DNA of 64,000 nucleotides, taken from NCBI RefSeq assembly GCF_009914755.1, contig NC_060928.1. One strand, 5' to 3'. How positions within the stretch are numbered: the stretch's first letter is position 1; each line of letters opens with the position of its first letter. This document shows, piece by piece, positions 50,664 through 64,000 of the stretch. Under the pieces are notes generated by a model that saw only the letters and a program-made list of their open reading frames with translations, had not been told where the DNA came from and made no database searches. The position numbers and the translations under genes were made by a program. The DNA comes from the human T2T-CHM13v2.0 reference genome, Homo sapiens.

Positions 50664-51603
50664 TTTTTTTTTTGAAGCAGGGTCTCACTCTGTCATCCAG
50701 GCTGGAGTGCACTAGTGCAATTTGGGCTCATTGCAGCCTCAGCTTCCTAGGCTCAAGCGAATCTCCCACCTCAGTCTCCTGAGTATCTGGGACTACAGGT
50801 GCATGCCACCATGCCTGGCTAATTTTTGTATTTTTTTGTAGAGACAAGGTTTTGGCATGTTGCTCAGGCTGGTCTTAAACTCCCCGGCCCAAGAGATTCC
50901 CCTGTCTTGGCCTCCCAAAGTGCTAGTGTTACCAGTGGAGGGTGTGCAGGTTCTTGGTGCTTTGAACAAAGAATTGGACTAAATGCACAAACAAAGCAAG
51001 GAAAGAATGAAGCAACAAAGGCAGAGATTTATTGAAAGCGAAAGCACACTTCACAGGGTGGGAGCAGGCCCGAGCAAGCAGCTCATGGGCCTGGTTTCAG
51101 AATTTTCTGGGGTTTCAATGCCCTCTAGAGGCTTCCCATTGGTTACTTGATATACACCCTATGTAAATGAAGTAGTGGCCCAAGATCTGTCTGATTGGTT
51201 GCAGAAAGCGACCAAGCACCAAGCAGAGGCTAAAGTGAAGTTACAGAGTTACACCCTATGCAAACATCTGATTGGTTGTGGAAAGTGACCAATCAGAGGC
51301 TGAAGTGAAGTTACAAAATTATATTTCTATGCAAAGGAAGACTTGGCTTGTGACCAGCCTGATTGGTTTTGGGAGGGGACCAATCCGAGGTACTTTCAGA
51401 TTTTTATCTGTCATGCGGAACAAGGAGATGGGGGTTGCAAAGGGAATAGCCTCTGGTCCTTTTGTTACTTGGGTGTGGAAAGTTGGGGTTTTCCTTTTGA
51501 TTTAGTTCTAGGAAGTCAGCATGAATCAGCCTTAGGTTCCCTGCCTCCAGACCCTGTTCTTCTGCCTCAGTAGGATTACAGGTGTGAACCACCACACCTG
51601 ACC
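50664..51603 (-). mobile_element. AluJ split by an LTR
   Basis: Alu runs to CCCAAAGTGCTAG (50926) and resumes as TAGGATTACAGGTGTGAACCAC from 51571. Confidence 0.9.
50927..51569 (-). mobile_element. MER51A-like ERV1 solo LTR
   Basis: TG...CA termini; minus strand begins TGAGGCAGAAGAACAGGGTCTGGAGGCAGGGAACCTAAGG; TSD CTAG/GTAG; multiple CCAAT boxes. Confidence 0.85.
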
Positions 51604-51759
51604 ATGTATTAGTCTTGATTATTGCTTATTCTCTAACACTAAGTCACTATTTGATAAGTTGAATTTTTAAATCTCTCTAATTTGTGTATACTACAAAACA
51701 TTTGTACTTTTGGCTTATTTTAAGCAAGATGTTGTAGTTTAACTGCTTGTAAAAAATCT

Positions 51760-52072
51760 GCCAGGCCCAATGGCTCATGCCTGTAATCCTGGGCATTTTG
51801 GCAGGCAGAGGTAGGAAGATTGCTTGAGGCCAGAAGTTTGACGCCAGCCTGGGAGACATAGTGAGACCCGTCTTAACAGCAATAACAACAAAAAATTAGG
51901 CGGTATGGTGTCTCACCCCAGGAGTCCCAGCTACTTGGGAGGCTGAGGCAGGAGGATCACTTCAGCTCAGGAGTTTGAGGCTGCAGTGACACAGGATGAT
52001 GTCACTGCATTCCAGCCTTGGTGACAGAGTAGGAACCTATCTCTAAAAAAAAAAAAAAAAAAAAAAAAAACA
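51760..52072 (+). mobile_element. AluJ
   Basis: Diverged Alu dimer with long poly-A. Confidence 0.9.
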
Positions 52073-52903
52073 AGAGAAACTCTGACAACATGAATTCATT
52101 GACTTTGATCTGTTTCAGGAAACACCAACTGACTTGATATTTACCTACTGATTAAACTTAATGGTTAATGTTAATTTCTTATCAGCTTGATTAAGTTTGA
52201 CCTCTGAATTTTCTCCTTATACTTCTTCACAGTGTTTAGGACCTTGCATGTCCTATTTGAAAAGTACACCCTGGAGTTGCTATAGATAGTAAGAACCAGC
52301 TTGCAACAATTGGAGAGTGTTTTTTTTGTCCTTAAAGTAATTCTGCCTCTTGATTATGTCTTAGGATTGGTTTCACAGAGAAGTGGTCATTCCTTCACAG
52401 TGAATCACAAAATGAGTAGTTTTGACAGGATTTCCTGACTCAGTCTGGCTAACTCAACCTGCTGTTCTGAGTTTCTGTCAATATTGGCATGCCAGGAGCA
52501 AACTCTTGACTTGGTTGTCTTGGGTATACAGATAATTCCTAAATCCATACCCTCATTGCTGACCTTTGGACCATAGGCTTGTTTCTAACCAGTTCCTGCT
52601 GGATAGGTCTATGTTTAGATCCTGACATCAAAGTAAACCATAAGGAGTTGAGAGTAACTCTGCATCTTAATTGCCTACCAGAGCACCTTATATTGAATAG
52701 AATCCTATAAATGTTTGTTGTTAATGATCTGCCTCTTATTATTATATGGCCAATTATAATATTTTTCATTTTGTTTCTCTTTCCAGTTTTTCTTGCTCTA
52801 ATCTATTTTCATTCCATAGTCAATTGATTTTCCAAACTATAGCTGTGCTCATGTCACCTATCATGGTCTCTGTTGCCTACTGGGTAATGACTCAACTCAA
52901 GGC

Positions 52904-53370
52904 GTGATGGTTAATTAATTTTATGTATCAACTTGCCTGGGCCACAGGGTGTCCAGGTATTTAGTTAAACATTCTGGGTATGTCTGTGAGAGGATTTCTG
53001 GATGAGATTAACATTAGAATTGGTAAACTCAGTAAAGCAGACTGCCCTCCCCAGTGTGGATGGGTCTTATTCAGTCTATTGAAGGCTTCAGTAGTACAAA
53101 AAGACTGAGTAAGGGAGAATTCACTCTCCTCTCTCTCTCTCTGTTTGACTGTTTTCAACCTGGGACATCGGTCTTCTCCTGCCTTCAGATTCAGACTCAA
53201 ACTATAACTTATGTTATTGTCTCTCTTGGGTCTCCAGCTTGCTGACTGCAGATCTTGAGACTTCTTGGCCTCTATAATTGCGTAAGCCACTTCCTTATAA
53301 TAAGTCTCTTTATAAACACACACATACATCTCCTACTGGTTCTGTTTCTCTGGAGAACCATTGGCTGATT
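52904..53370 (+). mobile_element. MLT2 (ERVL) solo LTR
   Basis: TGATGGTTAATT...TTTTATGTATCAACTTG...AAAGCAGACTGCCCTCCCCAGTGTGGATGGG...TGGTTCTGTTTCTCTGGAGAACC. Confidence 0.85.
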
Positions 53371-54547
53371 CTCAGGGCATTTATGATCTGGTGCTCTGTG
53401 CAAATCCTTTGCTTTGACTGCCATGCTGGTCTGTTCCTCATTCTTGAACACACCCTACCTCTTCCTTTTTCCCCATCTTTGTTGAGACCAGTCCTTCCTC
53501 TTTCCAGTTATTTTAGTGATGTGCATTCTTCCAAGCCTAGTTCAGAGCTGTGTCCTCCATAAAATCTTTCTTGGCTGTCTTTTCCTGTAGTAATTTCCTG
53601 GCACCTGAATCTCCATACTGAAATTTTAGGAATTTAGTCATTTGCTGCCATCCAGTGTTATCTTTTATACATTTGTCCTTCTTCCCAATTAGATTATAAA
53701 CTCCTTTAGGACTGGAGCCTAACTCTGTATTTCCACATCCCTCCACTGTTCCTGGTGTTGCTTTTCTTTTGCTTAGTAGGTTGCCAGTGAGTGATTACTG
53801 ATATTTTTAAAGCACTAAGATCAACCTAGGGAAGGAAAGGCAAATGAGGGGCTTGCATGCCTGCAGTGCCCCATCTTGAGCCCATGGCAGAAATGTCTAA
53901 TTAATTCCCCACAGGACCCAGAGCTCTCTCAATGCAGTGCTCCGGAGAGGCCTTGCCAGTTGTTTGAGGTTGTTACTAGAAATGAAACTTTTATATCATC
54001 CTTAACCTAGAGCCAACTTTTCTAAGAAAAAAAATTGAGTCGCATTTAAAGTCCTCTTGAATTTGTCCTTTCCTAAGGGACTGATTTGCAACGATTTTTG
54101 CTGTCATCTGTTTTGCTTTGTCCCTTGTAGTTCCCTTTGTTCTGCCTCTGGCTAAGTCATTTTATATCTTTTTATATATTCTGTATAGCACATTTGGGTC
54201 AATAATTTTGAACAATGGTGAAGGAGATCAATATGGAAAATGAGCTGTGTGTTCCCAGGAAATTTGGATTTGTCAAATTTTACACAAATTTCATATAAGC
54301 ACAGTGTGACTCTTCTTATTTTTCCTGCAATTGAATGTAATTTTTGAGGGACACCATTTGAAATCTGACCTCATTCTCCTCTTTGGCTAGTCTTCTAAGC
54401 TCAAAGTATTGCAAATCCTCTGTAGTTTTCATCCCCCTTACTCTGCTCTCCTGCACTTGTCTTTTAACATATTTTAGTTTACTTATGTCTTTTTAAAATT
54501 TAAAAAAATTTTTTCAGTGGTTCCCTGGTTGGTTAGTGTCTTTTGTT

Positions 54548-55391
54548 TATTAACTCTTTCCCCACATAAGAATGTAAAGCTTTGTGATATTTGGTAGTCT
54601 TGGCTATATATCCCAATACATAGACCAGTGCATGACATTCAATAAATATTTGTTGAATTGAGTTGGGGTTTGCTAACCTGGAACCCTTCCCTCCCCCGAA
54701 TCTCTTTGTTAATTGAGGCTTCCTGTTGCATCCTCTGGGACCTCTCTTACTTTTTTCTTCTTGTTGCTGAAGACCCCTGTTTCTAGACCTAGCTAGTTCC
54801 TTCAAGCCATACAACTATCGCCTTCCTAGGTCTGTGCCTTTGTAATAGCCACACCAATAACAGAAGTGGCAGTTTCCTTGGCAGTTCATGGTTTGCAAAG
54901 CACTTTCACATATATGATCTAATTTGAGGTATTCTTGAGTCTTGACAGTGATGGTACTCTTTAGGGCTTGCCTTTTACCAAAGTATGCAAGTTAGCAAAA
55001 TCTTGTTCTACTAGGGGATGCAACCATTTTTAATGATGTTCCAGGCCTATTTTTTCCTTGGCTGCACTGTTGTCAAATTATATATGAGGGGTATGCTGCT
55101 TTGACAAAGTCTTCTGGCCCACTAGGAACATTCATTAGAGTCCTCGAAGAGTACCTGTATGGTAATAAGATCCTCAAGTAAAGTGACAAAAATGGGAAAG
55201 AAAAAAAAAGAAGCAGTTGACCATTAACAAATATTTATGAGACATTAAAAAAATATATATATATATATTAACTCTTTCCCCACATAAGAATGTAAAGCTT
55301 TGTGATATTTGATAATCTTGGCTATATATCCCAATACATAGACCAGTGCATGACATTCAATAAATATTTGTTGAATTGAGTTTGGGTTTGC
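54548..55391. repeat. Dispersed direct duplication of a 126-bp L2 3' end (54548-54673 and 55266-55391)
   Basis: Three mismatches in 126 bp; contains AATAAATATTTGTTGAATTGA. Confidence 0.95.
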
Positions 55392-55400
55392 CTCCTTTGA

Positions 55401-55721
<321 letters not shown>

Positions 55722-56479
55722 AGAGACACTTTTCAGTGGAGGTACTTCACTAGATCCTGAAAAACTTGTTGCCCCAAAGTTAATTTGATAGCAGGAGCTC
55801 CATGTAGACCTGCCCAGCTGGAATTGGAGATACAAGCGTGGAATTGAGAAGGCTGGAATTGAGAAGGCTGATCTGAATGATGCTGATTGTGTAGAGATCA
55901 GAGCTGGTGACTTTTAGGTTCTCTGCCAGTGAATCGCCATCACTGTCTTTCTAGCCCCTCTCTTTCTAAGCTATTAATATGAAGAGGGAATCATTTTCTT
56001 CCTAAAGGCCTTCTGTTCTGCTTTCTAGCCGTGAGAGTGATCAATAACTATTAGTGTCTAATGATGACACAGGAATATTCCTCTGAGCAATTGGAGAGCT
56101 GTAGGCTTGTCACCCATTGACAGGTGTTCACAAATCTCTTTTTGCTGTTTTGAAATATCACTGCCAGGGGAGTTGTATACAACTTGTTCTGACAGAGTAG
56201 TCTTAAATATTCATTCCTTTTACCCGTTGCTTTAAGAGAAATGCCAGCATTTAGTCTTCAGGCTGCCAGTAGTAATTTTGGAGAAATTGTATTATAACTT
56301 TATCAAGATGCTGATTTTCATATAGCTAATTTATTTATATATTAATATATTAATTTTACTATTTTTAATTATGGAAGAACACACACTTTGAGGTTAGTGG
56401 AAATTTAGGGGTTACATGGAGGTCTTTGATCAATTATGCTCTCAAATTAAATTAGCAAGTGTTTAACATTGTGTGAGGC

Positions 56480-56712
56480 TGTATGTGCCTAGTGGAAAGA
56501 GAATGCAATTTGGGTGCAAATATGTTTCAAATCTCTGATCTACCAATTGGTAAATATGTGACCTTGCACAAGTTACTTTTCTTTGATTAACCTTAGCTTC
56601 CTTATCTATAAATAGAGATAATAATGCCCATACAGGGAGTTTCTATGAGGGTTAAATAAGATAACACATGCAAGGTACTTAACATGGAATTAATAATCAA
56701 TACATGGTAATT
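56480..56712 (+). mobile_element. MIR
   Basis: TGTGACCTTGCACAAGTTACTT...CTTCCTTATCTATAAATAGAGATAATAAT...TGAGGGTTAAATAAGATAA. Confidence 0.85.
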
Positions 56713-58625
56713 GCTACCTATGCACTGAAACTGTATTAGCACTCTTCTAGGGACTGTGGGGGAGGTTCAAAAGGTGTGCAACATGTATGTCTGCAAAGCC
56801 ACAAAAGGTAGTGACAAATGAGTACCTGACACACAGAAAATCAGGACAGTATATAATAAAGTGTTAATTGTACAGAAAGGAAGTTTGAGAAACTGGAAAG
56901 GTAGAAGTCACTGTGGTCAAACTCTTCAAGAACCATTATGGGGGTTGTATTACAATTCCTTTGGTCACAAATTATATAAATCTAAACCATATAGAAGGGG
57001 GATTTATTGGCTTACATGGCTAAAGTGTGGGAGAAGTGAGGTAGTTCTCAGGGAAGCCAGAACGGGGAACTCCACACCACCTACACTTTCTGTCTTATAT
57101 CTCTGTGCCTCTTTTTTTGTGTCAGTTTTCTCCACATTTTGGGGTGTGGCTGCAGCAAGCCAGAGATCACCCAGAAAGAATGTCTGACCTTCTTCCCTTC
57201 ATTTAAATTTTCAAAATCCCCGGAATGGTTCTGGTTGGCCTAACTTGTGAGATGTCCCCATCCTTTTGGCCAGGGACACAGATTACCAGGTAACTGGCAG
57301 CCCCATCTAGAATTACATCGTTGGTCTGGGAAAGATGAACATTTTCTTTTAAAAAGGATTCTACCATTCTTAGAAAAAAGGAGGAGTGCTGGATGGCAAG
57401 AGCAGGAGGTGGTGTTTACTCCCGAGGGGAGAAGAGGAGGGCTTGAGCTGGCTGTAGGGAGAAAGGCAGGACCTTAGAGCAGTGAACCAAAGGCATGGAA
57501 TCTAGAATGAGAATATGGTTTGTGTTAGTGAAGTAGGATAAGGTAGACTCAGAGTGGATGGTTTGAAGTAGTTGGTTTAGGAGTTTGGACCCATCTGATA
57601 GGGCATAAACCCTAAGGACTACATCAGATTGACATAGTCATATTGGATCTTTTAAAAATAGGTTTCATGTTATATGCCAAGTATTTAAATCAGTAACTTG
57701 AGAACCAACTTGAGTACAGTTGAGAAGTTATACTCATTGATTATAGACAAGGTGATCTTTGTAGTCAAGAGGCAGATACCCATCCTGGTACTATCTTAAA
57801 AACTAGATGCTATCAAGCATTTGTCTTATCTTTCCTGTAAAAAAAAAAAAAAAGTTGTATTTCAGAATAACCAAATAGATGATTCAGATAAAATCTTGCT
57901 TTTAGAAAAATTCCAGTTAATAAACGCAAAATGAGTGATACAAATAAAATACTACCATTTTGTTACCTCCAATGAAATAAGAGATTTAGAGAATGGACAT
58001 CAGTAGCTGCTAAAATTATTAAGTTAAAGGTTGATGGGGAACTTTATAGCTGATGGATTGGACTAATAACCCCTGAACCTACTGGTCAATCTTACCATTA
58101 CAAAAGAGAAAGAGATAGATGTTACATGCCTCTTAATTGGATACAATAGGTTCTGTATAGGAAATACACAGAACCATCTGTGAAGTTTCTTGCCAGAAAG
58201 CTGAACATGATTCTGATCAATCCTTTAGATCTCACTACTCGTTTATAAGAAGCACAGGAAAAGGAGGACTATGTCAAACCATACCATAAAGATGTAGCCA
58301 AATTCAGAGTGTAGAAATTTCTACAGGACAGATTACTCAGTTTTTTCAATAAATAAATGACAAGAAAAACAAAGAAGGAAGAGGAACTATTATTAACAGA
58401 CTTAAGAGACATATTAACCATGTTTGGATCTTGACTTAGATAAATCATCAACCCTAAAGTTATATATTATAAATATAAAATCATGAATAATATGAGAAAT
58501 TTAAACTCTGGATGGTAGATAAATTAAGGGACTATTTTTTGTTAAGGAAATAATAATGGTATTATTTTAAAAAGAGTTCTTATTTCTTAAAGATTCACAT
58601 AGACTTTTTTTAGATTATATGATAC

Positions 58626-59098
58626 TGTATTAGTTTCTTACAGCTGCTATCACACAAATTATGTGGATTAGAAAAATAGTAATTTATTCTGTCATAGTTT
58701 TGGAGGCCGGAAGTCTAAAATCAAGGTATAGGCAGACCCCATTTTCTCCAAAGACTCTAGGGGAGAATCCTTGCCTTTTCCAACTTCTGGTGGTTGTCCT
58801 TGGCTTGTGGCTGCATCATCTCTCTGCTCTGTCTTTGCATCATTCTCCTCTACATGTGTCCCTGTCTAATTTCTTTCTGCCTTGCTCTTATAAGGATACA
58901 TGTGTGCTCGCTTCAGCAACACATATACTAAAATTGGAGGGACATGTTATTGCATTTAGGGCCTGCCTGGATAATCCAAGATAAACTCTTCCCTGGAATC
59001 CTTAATTTAGTCACATCTTTTGCCATTCAAGGTAATAGTCACAGGTTCTGGGGATTAGGAAGTGAATATCTCTTTGGGACGTAATTTTTCTGCCTATC
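58626..59098 (-). mobile_element. MLT1-family MaLR LTR
   Basis: TGTATTAGTTTC...TTTGGAGGCCGGAAGTCTAAAATCAAGG...CTCTAGGGGAGAATCC...CACAGGTTCTGGGGATTAGGA. Confidence 0.85.
58904..58938 (+). pseudogene. 3'-truncated U6 snRNA retrocopy (nt 1-35)
   Basis: GTGCTCGCTTCAGCAACACATATACTAAAATTGGA vs U6 GTGCTCGCTTCGGCAGCACATATACTAAAATTGGA, 33/35 identical. Confidence 0.9.
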
Positions 59099-61429
59099 TT
59101 TAATATGATACATGAGATTTGCTTTTAAAAAAACAAGCGGGGCGGAGAGAGGAAATGGAAGATTATAGTTGGCTGAATCAAAATTGGCAATCCATTCATT
59201 GTTAACTCTGAGCTGGGTGATGATAGTTCATTGTATGGGTCTCTCTACTTTGTATATGTTTGAAAATTTCCATAATAAAAAACAACAAAAAAGGTTAGCT
59301 CTCACACCAAGATTCTTTAGTAATCATTTCCTCTCAGAACCTAGAAAATACCATATTAACATTGATAAATGCAACGCTTAATTTTTTTTTCTGTTCATAA
59401 AAATTAGGTATGAGACTGCAGATATCCTGGCTAATCCTTTCATTTCTTACCACCATTTCAGACATATTTCTTTGTGCTTCTCAAGAAAAGTGAAGGGTGA
59501 ATGAAAATCTCTTCACTTGAAGTTCAGAAATTATAAAATGACCTGAGGTTTAAATAGGATAATCAATTTTTCTTCTTACTGAACTATTGGTGAATGAATG
59601 AAGTGGTGTGGTTGTATTTGAAGACTCATTGGCAAAGTAACTTATCATAATATCTTGCCAGGCAGATGAAATCAAGAAAGGGCCAACAGTTTTATTATAG
59701 GGAGGGCCCCATCTTTCAGCTGTTGTAATGTAATCATAAAATGTCCTAATGAGCTGCAACTTGGCATACAGAGAGCACTTCCTGGCATAGGCTGGTGGTA
59801 ATATTTTCCTGTGAATTTTGTTTAGGTAGCCTTACGGTGTTATAAGGCTTAAGATTTTAATTCCTAAACCTAAATTATTGTATTTTTCTTTAAAAACCAA
59901 AAATAATGAGAGTTTTTGTGATTTCCCCTCCTCACTCCTGTGCTGGAAAGGTTTCAAGGTACATTTAAAATATAATCACAGAAAGCAGAGCACAGCATTT
60001 TTTTTAAAGAGCTATTGTGTTATATCAGAAGGGTAATATTTCCTAAAACACACATGCCCAATTCATGCTTCAGCATATGTGTTATAAATGATGGTGACTA
60101 TCCAGATCCTGTTATAGGCTATTCAAGTTACTTCACCTAAACTTTAGTACCTTAATGATTTTTTTTTAAGGAAAGAAAACAATTCATATGCAGGATCTCT
60201 GTTTAAATAATGCTTAGGTTGTGACTTAGATCACCAAAAGCAACATGTTTAAAAGTGCACTTACTTAGCCTTTAGAAGTCAGTTTATTGACTTATTATGG
60301 TTGTATATTTTTTCATCAGTGATTTTTATATTGAGTTTGTTTCTTTCCAAATCAAAAGCTTCATTTTGTAGGAGTGATATAAACTGTAGTTGCAAAAGCT
60401 TAAAATTAGACTGTCTTTTTTTAGCTCATGGAATTAGAATTTAGATAGGACATTTGTTGTTGATATATGAGACTAGTAAAACCCAGCTCCTTCTTTATGT
60501 TTGCGCTGAGCTGTGGTACAAATTGTTCTCTATAAGTCAGACACAAAAACATGTGGGCAAGTCAGTATAAAATTAGACTTTTTGTGGTATATGTGTTCAT
60601 ACAATCTGTAAGGATGACTACATTTTGTACTTTAAAATTTTAATTTTAATTTGAATTTTTTTTGCCCTCTCAACCCCATTTTCCTAATTCTGAGAAGGAC
60701 CAGGAAGAGAACATTTTGAACTTCTTATTACATTGTCATGACATTGTAACCCAGACTTATGGGTAAGCTATATTTTCTGGAGGATGTCAACTACAGAGAG
60801 CATATCATGGTAATACAGATATAAAATGACTTTTCCATGTGAGTAAAATCGTTGGCGATGTGAGTAAAATCATTGGCGAAGGAATAGATCTAAATCATTG
60901 CAAGCCTCTTGGGCATTCCAGTTGCTTACTAAATGGTTTATTATGAAACTCGATGGTGATTATTAAATTTCTGAGCCATGCCATCCTTTTAGAGTTATAA
61001 AATCACCCAATTTATGTACCCTATAATAAAGGAGAAATGATGTATGGAAATAATCAAGATAGTGGTTTGTATTTCACTTGATATAGTATCATGGTAATCT
61101 GTTTTGCATTTTATAGTATATGCTTTTGTGCAAAGAAGTAATGTTTATTCAGGAATATTTCTGAAGGTATATGTTGTTTTATTGCCCAGGTATAACACAA
61201 TTTTTCAGGAACACACATTTTTACATAAAATGAGATACATCTTGAGTTTCATTTTTCTCTTTGCTGCTTTTTCATTTTTGTCAAAAATATGCTTTAGAAA
61301 TACCATAAATATGATGCGGAAGGCTGATTGAAAAAGAACCCTAACATTTGTATGATGGTTTTCAGTTTGCAAATAATTAAGGAACTCTTTGGCAAAACCA
61401 AAGCATTATCTCTAAGTAAATAATGAAAC

Positions 61430-62356
61430 TGATTTTATATCCTTAATATTGCTCAAATTCATTCATTTCTCCCCATCTTTACTAATACTACCTTCTCTTC
61501 TGTGTTACTACATTCGTCTCTTAACTGGTCTTCCTGCTTCTCCCCAGGCCACTCTCTTCTACCTCACCCTTAGTAATATTTAAACAATGTAGATTTCATC
61601 ATGTCATTCTCCCTCCAGCACCCTCCTTCCCATTTTAAAATCCTTTTGGGGCTTTTTTGTTTAATCACTGTAAGGGTAAATAAAGATCCTTAATACGTGC
61701 AAGGCTCCCCAACTGTCTTTCCAGTCTCATCTCATGATACTCTCTCACTAACTCTCAATACTTGAGGACCACTGTCGTTCTTTCATTTCTTTTAATGTGT
61801 TTTTCTCTTTTAAAAAGTTGCAGAGCCTTTGCACACACTCTTTACCATACTTGGAACACCATTCCTCCCCCTCCCACATCATCTTTATACATCTCCACCT
61901 CAGCCACCTTGGCTTAGTTAACTCCTATTTATCTTTAGCTCAGGCTCCATTTCCTTAGGGAAGTCTTTACCCTAGTTGGGTCTCACTATTATAGGCATTT
62001 ACATCACTATGTATCTTTTTTTCCCATTGGACTTACTGGTTATAATTTATATGCTTACATAAATTGTTTTCCCACCTGGCTGTACACTTCATGAAGGCAG
62101 GCAGTTCGCCTGTTTTGTTTTGTTCATAGTGTTTGGGTCTCACTATTATAGGCATTTACATCACTATGTATCTTTTTTTCCCATTGGACTTACTGGTTAT
62201 AATTTATATGCTTACATAAATTGTTTTCCCACCTGGCTGTACACTTCATGAAGGCAGGCAGTTCGCCTGTTTTTGTTCACCATTGTTTCCCCAACACTTA
62301 GCTCAGTACCTAGTACAGATTAGGTACACCATAAATATTTGTTGAATGAATGAATA
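61430..62356 (+). mobile_element. L2 3' region
   Basis: CTCTTAACTGGTCTTCCTGCTTC; AGAGCCTTTGCACAC; terminal ATAAATATTTGTTGAATGAATGAA. Confidence 0.85.
61976..62273. repeat. Tandem duplication, period 157 bp, 141 bp identical
   Basis: 61976-62116 equals 62133-62273 with no mismatch seen; 16-nt junction. Confidence 0.95.
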
Positions 62357-62595
62357 ACATGAAAGAATGGAATTAGATATGGCCATCATCTAGTTAATTA
62401 AGCGCACACACAATACCAATACCAAAGACATTGTAAAAAGTGAAACGTGCCCTTCAAAGAAATCATCTAGGGAGGTTACCTCCTTATTTCATAGCTGCTG
62501 TTGTTAGAAAGGAATTTTGGAGCAACTCTAAAGAATTGTCTTTAGAAGTAGTTTACAAGCCACATAAAGGATGAAAGCACTTATCCTTTTGATTA

Positions 62596-62902
<307 letters not shown>

Positions 62903-64000
62903 TCAGTTTGATGATTCTCTTCATTTTCTAAATGTACTTTCCAGCTTACAGATACCAAATTCCACTTTCAAATAACCAAATTTGCCACAGTTGAAAATTT
63001 CAAAGGAATGTTATATGCATGAAGGCAGTCCTAAAAGAGTTGTTCCTAAAATGTTTAGAGCATTGGTGGGCATTTTTATAATAAGAAGTGTGTTGTCTTT
63101 GAAGAGGCTAATGCTCCTCTGGATGTGTGGGTTTTGCTGTTTCTGTTAAAATCTTTCACAAAGCCTCTCTTCATGAAGTAAGGATGTTTCAGTTTTGCTT
63201 CTGGTTATGAGGTGGAGGGATGTGTTTTACCTTCTTAAGTCATTCACTTCATCTTTGTGCTTTTCATCCTCCATGGTCGAAATAAATCTTGCAGAATTTG
63301 TTTTTTACTAGAAAGGAATGTAACAGGGAGTTGAGTTAACACTTATAAAGTGCCTTACATTCCCAGGTGTTGAGTTCTGTGCTTAAGAACAGTCCCTGTT
63401 AGTGTGAAAGATCACAGAACTGGGACCACATTCTTTCATTGAAAAGCATCAGGGATTCTTGCCAAGTTCTACTATTCAAGATTATTTATTCAATATTTTC
63501 ATTGACTTAGCTGCCAGCACTTATCCTTTTTTGTACTAGGTACTGCCCTTTTACTTTCTGATTTTGGAAGAAATTTACTGTGTGTTATACCTTTCTCCAA
63601 TAGCTTAAATTGGCATTGATTTTAAGTAGGAGTAATTGAGTCTAAAATAACACATATATGTCTTTGCCTTTTAATCTGTGGGAACACTTTTGGATATACT
63701 GAACTGATAACAGCAGCTATTGAAGATTACCTTCCAGCAGGATATTTGTCACAGCTCCATTCAGCTGACCCTCAGGACTATACTTTTCACTTGCTTACCT
63801 TTGAGAAAATGCACTCAAATCAACATGATACGATGCTTTCAGTATAGTAGACGGCTCTGTAAGCCTAACATTTTGGTAGGAAGCCTTAGTTTACACGGGC
63901 AGTAACAAAAGTTCTATTGACCTTTTATTCTAGTATTCTTGTTTGCACCTGAGCAACAGAGGTTTAGCTTTCATTTGCTTTTTGTTTTGTTGACTACTTG

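Larger units (their letters stand above)
57790..59295 (+). mobile_element. L1MC-like 3' region interrupted by an MLT1
   Basis: AAAGGTTGATGGGGAACTTTATA; CTGATCAATCCTTTAGATCT; terminal TGTATATGTTTGAAAATTTCCATAATAAAA. Confidence 0.75.

Overview
This window is human or hominid genomic DNA, not a microbial accessory region. It is dense in Alu, L1, L2, MIR, MaLR/ERV LTR and hAT repeats and carries a full-length SVA. The left 41 kb is mostly nested retrotransposons, plus a near-complete Charlie3 (MER1-family) hAT fossil at 19096-21659 with TIRs, a TSD and a disrupted transposase. A CpG-island promoter at ~41.9-43.6 kb has an apparently non-coding first exon ending at a strong donor (43320/43321); the rest of the window looks like intron 1 of a plus-strand gene I cannot name. 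No intact, recognisable protein-coding gene is present, and I find no convincing new biological system. The best leads are: (i) two minus-strand exon-like segments (2099-1981, 1096-974) that splice in frame into a C-terminal membrane-anchored peptide; (ii) an SVA_E-like element with a double tail and a 13-nt putative 3' transduction; (iii) a perfect 43-bp-arm palindrome beside an AluJ 5' end; (iv) a tailless 35-nt U6 retrocopy; (v) three recent 100-160 bp local duplications, all within L2 remnants. Repeat subfamily names come from recalled consensus motifs and are not database-verified. Boundaries of old repeats are approximate.
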